Shown here: piece by piece, positions 1 through 7,235 of the stretch
Position numbering within the stretch: the first letter of the stretch is position 1
Layout of the letters: the number at the start of each line of letters is the position of its first letter
Assembly (NCBI GenBank): GCA_949280095.1
Contig: CASDHD010000001.1
Location: 1-38,813 of the forward strand
From: an uncultured Bacilli bacterium
GTDB lineage: Bacteria > Bacillota_I > Bacilli_A > RF39 > UBA660
DNA length: 38,813 nt
Direction of reading: 5' to 3'
The notes under the pieces: generated by a model
Database searches by the model: none
What the model saw: only the letters and a program-made list of their open reading frames with translations
Told to the model about the DNA's origin: nothing
Made by a program: the position numbers and the translations under genes

Positions 1-2
1 GA

Positions 3-263
3 TTAGCAGCATTAGCCTTATTAGCGGTTGCAGCAACAGCACCAAGAGTTATGTCACCCGTAACTGGTGCTATAGCAAATACTTTCCCAACACCAAATAA
101 TATAGGCAGTAGTTGGTTTGGGTCACAGAGTATAGCATCGAGTGTGACAGGAAAATATCAAAAGAAATTAATTACAAATAATATAGCATCATCTGTAGCA
201 ACATCTATAGCTTCAAATCCTCTAAAACCATTAAATGTTGGAGATCCTGTTGGCAATTGGTAA
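3..263 (+). CDS. 3' end of an ORF entering from the left window edge. The tail is Ala/Ser/Gly-rich and hydrophobic, possibly a secreted toxin or bacteriocin-like C-terminus.
   Basis: The frame is open from base 3 (LAALALLAVAATAPRVMSPVTG...) to stop TAA 261-263. The tail motif GKYQKKLITNNIASSVATSIAS recurs in the orphan frame 653-790. Confidence 0.35.
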   Translation, partial: LAALALLAVAATAPRVMSPVTGAIANTFPTPNNIGSSWFGSQSIASSVTGKYQKKLITNNIASSVATSIASNPLKPLNVGDPVGNW

Positions 264-362
264 GCCGCGCCATTAAAACCATTACTCGAAAAAAACAAAA
301 GTAAAATCCCAGGTTTAACGAGACGATAGAAATAAATAGTATAAAAATGAGGAGATAATATT

Positions 363-653
363 ATGAAAAATAAGATTCCTAGTAAAAAAATAGATATTAA
401 GATGACAAAAGAAGAAAAAAGAAAAATATTTTTTATCAATTTATTAACAATTGCTTCAGTTTTTATTATAATATTAGCATTTTACTTTTCTTACAAATCT
501 GATATGTTAAATGCAAAAGAATATACTTTATATGATTATTTGGGAATAGGACTATTTCTTTTAGGCGGAATTTTCGGCGTGATAATATATGCTTTAATGA
601 ACTCTATAGAAAATATAAAAGAAAAAATGGATAATGCTAAAAAATTTAAATAG
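363..653 (+). CDS. Small two-TM membrane protein (immunity-like)
   Basis: 96 aa with a Lys-rich N-terminus and two hydrophobic helices (FFINLLTIASVFIIILAFYF and IGLFLLGGIFGVIIYALM). An A-rich RBS region lies upstream. It sits directly after the Ala/Ser-rich tail ORF. Confidence 0.55.
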   Translation: MKNKIPSKKIDIKMTKEEKRKIFFINLLTIASVFIIILAFYFSYKSDMLNAKEYTLYDYLGIGLFLLGGIFGVIIYALMNSIENIKEKMDNAKKFK

Positions 654-790
654 TGTTATATAAATTTTTATGTAGGAGATTATTTGGAAATTATCAAAAA
701 AAGATAACTGCAAATGCAGTAGCATCAAGCCTTGCTTCAAGCGCTATGTCAATGGTAGTAAATACAGCGAAAGCAATTGTAGTGGAATAA
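653..790 (+). pseudogene. Orphan fragment homologous to the C-terminal tail of the 3..263 ORF
   Basis: The open frame has no ATG; a GTG at 653 overlaps the upstream stop. It translates to ...FGNYQKKITANAVASSLASSAMSMVVNTAKAIVVE*, compared with ...GKYQKKLITNNIASSVATSIAS... in the first ORF. Confidence 0.4.
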
Positions 791-938
791 AAAAATACGT
801 AAATAATTCATTGAATTCATTTACAGGCTTTCTATCCTCAGCTTTAGGGTTTGGTGGAGGCTGGTCAGCAGGCGTTCTATCTGGAAAAGGCGGCGGTCGA
901 GGTTTTTAATAAAAATTTTTAACATAGGGGGTATAATT

Positions 939-1190
939 ATGGCACAAAAAATAAGTAAGAAAAAGATAGAACAGAGAAAAATACTTATATTAAAATGTCT
1001 TATTGTATTAATTGGACTAGTTCTTTTAATTGAAATAGGTTTTGCGATTCAAGCCGAGTTTATTGATAGAAATAATATTGAAAAATATGACAAATATGGT
1101 TGGATTTTATCTATTATTAGTTGTATTTTAATATTTATTTATTTTGCAATAGGGCATTCCATTAAAAATTTAAAAAAGAAACTAAAATGA
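939..1190 (+). CDS. Small two-TM membrane protein, paralog of 363..653
   Basis: 83 aa with the same architecture: Lys-rich N-terminus, two TM helices and a basic C-terminal tail. HSIKNLKKKLK here compares with NSIENIKEKMD in the paralog. RBS tagggggt lies 8 nt upstream. Confidence 0.55.
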   Translation: MAQKISKKKIEQRKILILKCLIVLIGLVLLIEIGFAIQAEFIDRNNIEKYDKYGWILSIISCILIFIYFAIGHSIKNLKKKLK

Positions 1191-1268
1191 ACAAAAAGTT
1201 TCTTTTTTCGTTTTTATGACAAATATTCCGACATAGTATTTGAAGAAACATATTTAATAATGCTAAAA

Positions 1269-1313
1269 TTCAAGGTTCAATTGCGCGGAATGTGGGTGCA
1301 ATTGAACCTTGAA
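1269..1313. terminator. Strong hairpin between convergent genes, probably a terminator
   Basis: Perfect 16-bp inverted repeat: ttcaaggttcaattgc (1269-1284) and gcaattgaaccttgaa (1298-1313), with a 13-nt loop. A short T-run follows on the minus strand. Confidence 0.6.
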
Positions 1314-1333
1314 ATATTCTATCAAAAAGTTTT

Positions 1334-2428
1334 TTAATTAAAATAATATACTAAATACTTATTTATAAAATAGTCGTACTTTTTTTGATGGTTCTTACAT
1401 TTAGAAATATTACAATTTATAGTAGTATCTAATAGTTCAGAATTTTCAACTATTTTATTATCCCTGTACTTTTGATAGACAATCGTATTAAATTTAACAT
1501 TATAAATCCATCTTTCTACATTATCGTTATTTTTTTCGTGTTCAAAAAATATGTTTAAATTTGAATCATATAACAAAAGAATATTATTTTTTTCTAAAGT
1601 GTATTGATTTTCGTTATTGAGTTGAAACTCTTCTTTTATTCTTTCTGGTATATTAGAAGATAGTTTTTTTGATTCAGTATCTTCTATAATTTTGTCATAT
1701 TTTTTAAAGATTAATGAATTATTTGAATATAATTCTAAAGATTGTAGTTTTATTGTTTCTAATTGATCATTTTTATAAATGTCTATGTATAAATTATTTA
1801 CTAAATCGTTTATATTTTTGTAGTGAAAATATTCTTCGTAGCCATTAAATTCGGATATTAGAATATTAGAATCGGATGTTTTGCATAAAACATTTTTGTT
1901 ATCGTTTTTTAAATAGTAAAGTTCTATGTAATCAAAATCTTTATTATTAAACGATGATATAGGGTTTAGTTTTATATAGGCTTGTTCATTAGAAAATACT
2001 CCAATAATGTTTGTAATAAAATAATTTTCATTTTCGCCTGAAAATTTAAATACTCTTAATTTGTTATAAGTTGAAACAAAATAATAACTTAAAAATAGGA
2101 ATAATAATATAAATATGATAATTCCAAAGATAATAGATAAAATCACTCTTTTTTTGTCTTTATCTTTTAATGCATCTATCATAATATTATCAATCATATT
2201 TTTGTTAGTAGTATTGATCCTTTCTCCTGCAATCAATTCATTTAAAGTAATGGAAAACAATTCGCTAAGTTTAATCAAAGAATCATAATCAGGCATACAC
2301 TTTCCGCGTTCCCATTTGCTTACAGCTTGTCTAGTTACATAAAGTGTATCTCCTAATTTTTCTTGTGTAAGATTTATTTTTTGTCTTTCTTTACTGATTA
2401 AATTTCCAACTTTTCTATAATCTAACAT
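1334..2428 (-). CDS. XRE-family HTH protein with a central TM helix and a C-terminal extracytoplasmic domain
   Basis: N-terminal HTH_3 pattern (LTQEKLGDTLYVTRQAVSKWERGKCMPD), TM segment VILSIIFGIIIFILLFLFLSYYF, and a roughly 240-aa Asn/Lys-rich C-terminal region. Confidence 0.75.
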   Translation of the reverse strand: MLDYRKVGNLISKERQKINLTQEKLGDTLYVTRQAVSKWERGKCMPDYDSLIKLSELFSITLNELIAGERINTTNKNMIDNIMIDALKDKDKKRVILSIIFGIIIFILLFLFLSYYFVSTYNKLRVFKFSGENENYFITNIIGVFSNEQAYIKLNPISSFNNKDFDYIELYYLKNDNKNVLCKTSDSNILISEFNGYEEYFHYKNINDLVNNLYIDIYKNDQLETIKLQSLELYSNNSLIFKKYDKIIEDTESKKLSSNIPERIKEEFQLNNENQYTLEKNNILLLYDSNLNIFFEHEKNNDNVERWIYNVKFNTIVYQKYRDNKIVENSELLDTTINCNISKCKNHQKKYDYFINKYLVYYFN

Positions 2429-2933
2429 AATTACGCACCTCTAATATTTCTTTTTTTAGCAAATAATCTGCTGAAACGTTATATTTTTTACAAATATCAA
2501 GAAGAAATGATGTTTGGATAATATTGAGTCCGTTTTCATAGTCAGATATAACGGATTGAGTAGTATTGATTGATTCAGCAAATTCTAATTGTGTTAAATG
2601 ATGAGACAATCTTAGTTTTTTGATTTTTCTTCCTAAGCTATAATTGTCATATTCGATTGTATAAGTAGATTTTTTCTTCTTATTATTTAAAGACAATGCA
2701 TAATCTAATGATAGTTTTGTTAAATTGCAAAAGTCTACTAAGTGCTTTAATGGAATAATTTTTTCACTTGTTTCCCATCTGGCATAGTTCGACTTTGAAA
2801 CATTTAAAAGCTCTGCCATATTTCTTTGACTTAAATTTAATGATCTTCTTATTGAAATTAGTCTTTCATAATTCACATCTACCACCAAGAATATTTTCTC
2901 AAAGAAATGTTTATTAGTAATACTTTGCCCCAC
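2415..2933 (-). CDS. Transcriptional regulator with two tandem XRE/Cro-C1 HTH domains
   Basis: Two HTH_3-like units: LSQRNMAELLNVSKSNYARWETSEK and LTQLEFAESINTTQSVISDYENGLN. It overlaps the downstream XRE-TM gene by 14 nt. The exact start is uncertain. Confidence 0.7.
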   Translation of the reverse strand: MGQSITNKHFFEKIFLVVDVNYERLISIRRSLNLSQRNMAELLNVSKSNYARWETSEKIIPLKHLVDFCNLTKLSLDYALSLNNKKKKSTYTIEYDNYSLGRKIKKLRLSHHLTQLEFAESINTTQSVISDYENGLNIIQTSFLLDICKKYNVSADYLLKKEILEVRNYVRL

Positions 2934-2992
2934 AAATGCGATATTAGAAAAATTTTTTAAGTTTAGAAAAAAGTGCTTTTTTTTTGGTTTTG

Positions 2993-3001
2993 TGTTATAA
3001 T
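2993..3001 (+). promoter_or_regulatory. Extended -10 element (TGtTATAAT) for the 3029 gene
   Basis: tgttataat at 2993-3001 lies in the divergent intergenic region. It falls inside the 5' extension proposed by the ORF track, which supports ATG 3029 as the true start. Confidence 0.4.
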
Positions 3002-3028
3002 ACCGGAATAGGAAAGAGGGGGATTCTT

Positions 3029-4057
3029 ATGCCTAAAAAAGAAATTGATAAAAAAGAAGAAGAAAATATCAAAAAAGATGTAGTAAATTCTATTAAAGAG
3101 AAGGTATTAACAGAAGTTAATAAAGAAATTAAAATTTCGATTGTAGAAAATACGAAAAAATATAAAGAAGACTTAAAAGAGGAATTACTTGAGGATGTAA
3201 ATAACGAAGTTGCTGATCTTCTAAAAAAAGAAGAAAAGCGTATGTTAAAAGGAAAAAATGCTGCTATTTTTAAAAGAGATGTTATTATTTTATTATTCTT
3301 TGGTTTAATTTTATATTTTGGTTATTGTTTATATGATGTAAAATATTTTGATTTTATGAAATCAGAATGTGAACGAAATGGAAATTGTTATAGTTATGAA
3401 AATAATAATGGAAATAATAGTGATAATAATGAACAAGAGCCAGCTATTGTAAAAGATAAGGATTGGTATATAGAACATTATGGTTATTTACTTGATCAAA
3501 TAAAAATTTCTTTAAATGCTGATAATGTAAGTGCTTATTATTTGTATAGCACTGATCGTAAAGTAAGTGAAATAAAATCTTCTATGCTTTTAAATATTGC
3601 CTATAGTAGTTTAAGTTCAAAACAAATTAAAACAAATTCTGTAAGTATTACTGTAGAAGGAGAAGATTTGAAGAATACTTTTGAAAAATTATTTGGTTCT
3701 TTAGTTAATTATAAACCTTCTTCCTTTACTTATAATTGTTTGAATTTTAAATATAGCGAAGATAAAGATCGTTATACTGCAGATAATAATAAGTGTCCTG
3801 CTTCTAATAACAAAATTGTGGAAGAAATCGATGATATGTATGAAGAAGGCGATGTGATTTATATTATTACAAATGCTGCTATTTATAATGAAAGTGAAAG
3901 TAGTTTTTATACATTTGATAATTTGTATGAACCAGAGGTAACAGGGGTAACAGAAAGTGATTTTTCTTCAAATGCTAGAAAGATGAATCGCTATCAATAT
4001 CAATTTAAAAAGAGTGATGAGAATTATTATTTAGATTCAATTATAAAATTAAAGTAA
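3029..4057 (+). CDS. Membrane-anchored hypothetical protein with a charged coiled-coil N-terminus, one TM helix and an extracytoplasmic domain
   Basis: ATG 3029 is preceded by gaggggg (3016-3022). The N-terminus is Lys/Glu-rich, the TM is VIILLFFGLILYFGYCLY, and the C-terminal domain is Cys-containing and Asn-rich. Confidence 0.6.
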   Translation: MPKKEIDKKEEENIKKDVVNSIKEKVLTEVNKEIKISIVENTKKYKEDLKEELLEDVNNEVADLLKKEEKRMLKGKNAAIFKRDVIILLFFGLILYFGYCLYDVKYFDFMKSECERNGNCYSYENNNGNNSDNNEQEPAIVKDKDWYIEHYGYLLDQIKISLNADNVSAYYLYSTDRKVSEIKSSMLLNIAYSSLSSKQIKTNSVSITVEGEDLKNTFEKLFGSLVNYKPSSFTYNCLNFKYSEDKDRYTADNNKCPASNNKIVEEIDDMYEEGDVIYIITNAAIYNESESSFYTFDNLYEPEVTGVTESDFSSNARKMNRYQYQFKKSDENYYLDSIIKLK

Positions 4058-4259
4058 TATACAAAAAACTTTAGTTTTATTTTTTACATATTGAAAGTAT
4101 ATTGATTTTATAATATTGAAGGAGTTTGTCATTATGAGTGTAAAGGAAAGTATAGAGATTGTAACCTTCGATTAGAAAAAATGTTTTAGAAACATATACT
4201 TCATGTAGCTAAGAATATGGATGCAGCTTATGAAATAATATTTGGTAATTAATTCTTGC

Positions 4260-4287
4260 TTGTTTATCTAAAGATTTGTGCTATAAT
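4260..4287 (+). promoter_or_regulatory. Sigma-A type promoter of the T-box leader
   Basis: -35 ttgttt (4260-4265), 16-nt spacer, and an extended -10 tgcTATAAT (4279-4287). Confidence 0.5.
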
Positions 4288-4294
4288 GTGATTA

Positions 4295-4531
4295 ATAAAA
4301 CGTTTGAAAGTATATTTTAAAGTAGATTGTATTACTTCTTAAAAAGAGATTGGGTATGATGCGCTGAGAGTATCCAAAGATAAGAATACGAGCGAATTTC
4401 ACTATACTTGAGTTTAAATCGTAATGCATGCGTTAAATCTAAACAGAGTGCTAGAATTCTTTTCTAGAATTTGGGTGGTACCGCGGAAAATTGTCTTTTT
4501 CGTCCCTTGCAATATATGTGAGGGATTTTTT
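4295..4531 (+). promoter_or_regulatory. T-box riboswitch leader, Phe-specific (UUC specifier candidate)
   Basis: Stem I-like agagat...gcgctgagag (4345-4370). Candidate specifier TTC 4398-4400 is followed by A. T-box motif AATTTGGGTGGTACCGCG at 4468-4485. Hairpin tccct/aggga (4503-4525) plus a U-run at 4526-4531. Confidence 0.8.
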
Positions 4532-4652
4532 ATGGTGTGATTGAGTTTTTTTGAATATAGTGAGTTTATAATTGTGAAAATTTGTTTTGTCTTTTAAAAT
4601 GGAATGGGGTAAAGGGTTAAATGAGTATGGTTGATTTAAAAAGAAAGGAAAA

Positions 4653-5105
4653 ATGAAAATGGAAAATAAAAATGAAATAATTTTGTTTGAAAATCAAAGG
4701 GTAAAATTAGAAGTAAATATGAAAGATGAGACAGTCTGGTTGAATCGAGAACAATTGGCACAATTGTTCGATAGAGATATTAAGACTATTGGTAAACATA
4801 TTCATAATATTTTAAATGAGGAATTAGATAGTTCAGTTGTCGCAAAATTTGCGACAACTGCTAGTGATGGTAAAACTTACCAAGTTGATTATTATAATTT
4901 AGATATGATTATTAGCGTTGGGTACCGTGTAAAATCACAAAATGGTGTTGTCTTTAGACGATGGGCTAATCAAATATTGAAAGACTATATGATTAAAGGA
5001 TATGCTGTTAATCACCAAAGACTAGCAATGCTTTCAAGAACAGTTACACTATTAGATATAGCGAATAGGAGCAATGAACGTATTACTGCAGATGAAGCAA
5101 TTTAG
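4653..5105 (+). CDS. RhuM-family protein, N-terminal domain only (probably truncated)
   Basis: The sequence matches my recollection of the conserved RhuM N-terminal region: WLNREQLAQLFDRDIKTIGKHIHNI...YNLDMIISVGYRVKSQNGVVFRRWANQILKDYMIKGY. At 150 aa it is far shorter than full-length family members. Confidence 0.6.
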   Translation: MKMENKNEIILFENQRVKLEVNMKDETVWLNREQLAQLFDRDIKTIGKHIHNILNEELDSSVVAKFATTASDGKTYQVDYYNLDMIISVGYRVKSQNGVVFRRWANQILKDYMIKGYAVNHQRLAMLSRTVTLLDIANRSNERITADEAI

Positions 5106-5136
5106 TGATGAATTTTTTGGTATAGAAGGGGGTATT

Positions 5137-6186
5137 ATGAATAATTTGTTAGAAAAAACTAGTAAAAATGAAGATAAGTTATTAAATGAATTATATACAG
5201 AAATATCTTCTATTATTACTAAAAATAAAGAAAAGATGGTGTATCAAATTAATGATACATTGGTAAATACTTATTTTTTGATTGGAAAAGTGATAGTAGA
5301 GAATGACCAAAATGGGAATATACGTGCCGAATATGGCAAAGAGTTACTTAAGAAATTGTCTAAAAGATTAACAGAAAAATTTGGTAGTGGTTTTAGTATT
5401 TCAGGATTGTATAATATGAGACTTTTTTATACTAAGTATAAAAATTTCCAACCACTGGCTGGAAATTTGAGTTGGAGTCATTATTGTTATTTAATATATA
5501 TAGAAGATGATGATGAACGAGCGTTTTATGAAAAAGAATGTATTAATTCAAAATGGTCTAAAAGAGAGTTAAAACGGCAGATTGATTCTTCATTATTTCA
5601 ACGTTTATTACTTTCAAAAGGAAATACGAATAAGAAGAAAGTTTATGAATTAGCAAAACGAGGTCAAACTCTTCAAAATCCAATTGATATTTTAAGAGAA
5701 CCTTATGTTTTTGAATTTTTAGGAATTTCAGAAAATAAAAAAATATTAGAAAGTGATTTAGAAAAAAATTTAATCAATCATCTATCAAGTTTTTTAATGG
5801 AACTTGGTAAAGGATTTATGTATGTTGGTAATCAATCAAGAATTACTTTGGATAATAATACGCATTATTATGTAGATTTAGTATTTTATAATAAAATTCT
5901 TAGATCGTATGTATTAATTGATTTAAAGATAGATGATATGAAGCCAGAGTATGTAGGGCAAATGAATATGTATGTCAATTATTATAATAATGAAATTAGA
6001 GATGAATTTGATAATGAAACTATTGGTATTATTCTTTGTAAGGGAAAAAATGAAGTGACAATGGAATATGCCCTAGGAGGATTATCTAATCATGTATTTG
6101 CATCAACTTATACGTATTATATTCCAAATAAAGAACAACTCATTAATGAAGTAGAAAAAGTTTTATACGAGGAGGAAATAGAATGA
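5137..6186 (+). CDS. DUF1016/YhcG-family PDDEXK nuclease-like protein
   Basis: ATG 5137 follows gaaggggg. Motifs: LSWSHYCYLI, the WSKRELKRQI helix, and a C-terminal core YYVDLVFYNKILRSYVLIDLKIDDMKPEYVGQMNMYVNYY (D..D/ExK-like). Its stop overlaps the pheS start (ATGA at 6183-6186). Confidence 0.7.
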   Translation: MNNLLEKTSKNEDKLLNELYTEISSIITKNKEKMVYQINDTLVNTYFLIGKVIVENDQNGNIRAEYGKELLKKLSKRLTEKFGSGFSISGLYNMRLFYTKYKNFQPLAGNLSWSHYCYLIYIEDDDERAFYEKECINSKWSKRELKRQIDSSLFQRLLLSKGNTNKKKVYELAKRGQTLQNPIDILREPYVFEFLGISENKKILESDLEKNLINHLSSFLMELGKGFMYVGNQSRITLDNNTHYYVDLVFYNKILRSYVLIDLKIDDMKPEYVGQMNMYVNYYNNEIRDEFDNETIGIILCKGKNEVTMEYALGGLSNHVFASTYTYYIPNKEQLINEVEKVLYEEEIE

Positions 6187-7235
6187 AAGAAAAAGTAGAA
6201 CAAATAAAAAGTGAAGCCTTAGAAAGTATTAGTAAGGCACAGAATTTAAAGGAAATGAATGAAATTAAGGTTACTTATTTAGGAAAAAAAGGACCAATAA
6301 GTGAACTAACAACGCACTTAAAAGAGTTGGATAATGAAGGAAAAAAAGAGTTTGGTAAAGTTTTGAATGAACTAAAAACGGAGATTAGTTCGAAAATAGA
6401 AGAGAAAATCAAATATTATGAAGAGGCAGAAATTAGAGAAAAACTAGAAAAAGAACAAATTGATATTACTCTACCTGGAACGAAGATCCCTGTTGGGTCT
6501 CCTAATATTTTAGAAAAGATTATTGAAGAAGTAGAAAGTGTCTTTATGTCTATGGGTTATGATGTTGTCGATGGACCAGAGGTAGAAGAAGATAAATTTA
6601 ACTTTGAACTTTTGAATATTCCAAAAGGACATCCAGCAAGAGACGCGCAAGATACGTTTTATTTGAAAGAGGAAGAGATATTACTTCGTAGTCAAACTTC
6701 TCCAGTGCAAGCAAGAACGATGTTGAGTGCTGGTGGTGATACTCCAATTCGTATGATTTGTCCTGGTAAGACTTATAGAAGGGATGACGATGATGCTACT
6801 CATTCTCATCAATTTATGCAAATAGAGGGCTTGTTAGTTGACAAAGAAGTCAGTCTATCAGATTTAAAAGGAACGATGGATGTCGTATTTAAAAAGTTGT
6901 TTGGGGAGTCTTGCGAGACAAGATTTAGACCAAGTTATTATCAATTTACAGAACCATCTGTTGAAACGGATATTTCTTGCTTTGTTTGTAAAGGAAAAGG
7001 TTGTAGTTTGTGTAAAAATTCTGGTTGGATTACAGTAAGTGGAGCAGGGATTGTTCACCCTAATGTGTTAAGAAACTGTGGTTATGATCCAAGTATATGG
7101 ACAGGATTTGCTTTTGGTTTTGGGGCAGAGCGACTTGCAATGCTTAAGTATGGTATCAACGATATTAGAACGTTTTACCAAACAGATTTACGTGAGTTAA
7201 GCGTGTTTGATAGAGAGGAGAAAGACAATGATTAG
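6183..7235 (+). CDS. pheS: Phenylalanine--tRNA ligase alpha subunit
   Basis: Class II aaRS motifs (HPARDAQDTFY, LLRSQTSPVQARTM, PGKTYRRD, GAGIVHPNVL, GFAFGFGAERLAML). Located downstream of a Phe T-box. Confidence 0.95.
   Translation: MKEKVEQIKSEALESISKAQNLKEMNEIKVTYLGKKGPISELTTHLKELDNEGKKEFGKVLNELKTEISSKIEEKIKYYEEAEIREKLEKEQIDITLPGTKIPVGSPNILEKIIEEVESVFMSMGYDVVDGPEVEEDKFNFELLNIPKGHPARDAQDTFYLKEEEILLRSQTSPVQARTMLSAGGDTPIRMICPGKTYRRDDDDATHSHQFMQIEGLLVDKEVSLSDLKGTMDVVFKKLFGESCETRFRPSYYQFTEPSVETDISCFVCKGKGCSLCKNSGWITVSGAGIVHPNVLRNCGYDPSIWTGFAFGFGAERLAMLKYGINDIRTFYQTDLRELSVFDREEKDND

Noticed and set aside
2984-3028. 5' extensions of ORF-track models: 2984, 5074, 7207, 24900, 32310, 37278 and 38495.
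   Set aside because: In each case an internal ATG is preceded by a good RBS at 5-9 nt: 3029, 5137, 7228, 24933, 32349 and 37287. For 38510 the upstream RBS is only weak. The extensions overlap upstream genes or promoter elements.
4135-4176. 13-codon ORF (MSVKESIEIVTFD*) with an upstream aaggag, between the 3029 gene and the T-box promoter.
   Set aside because: It is too short to support and has no recognisable leader-peptide logic for the neighbouring elements.
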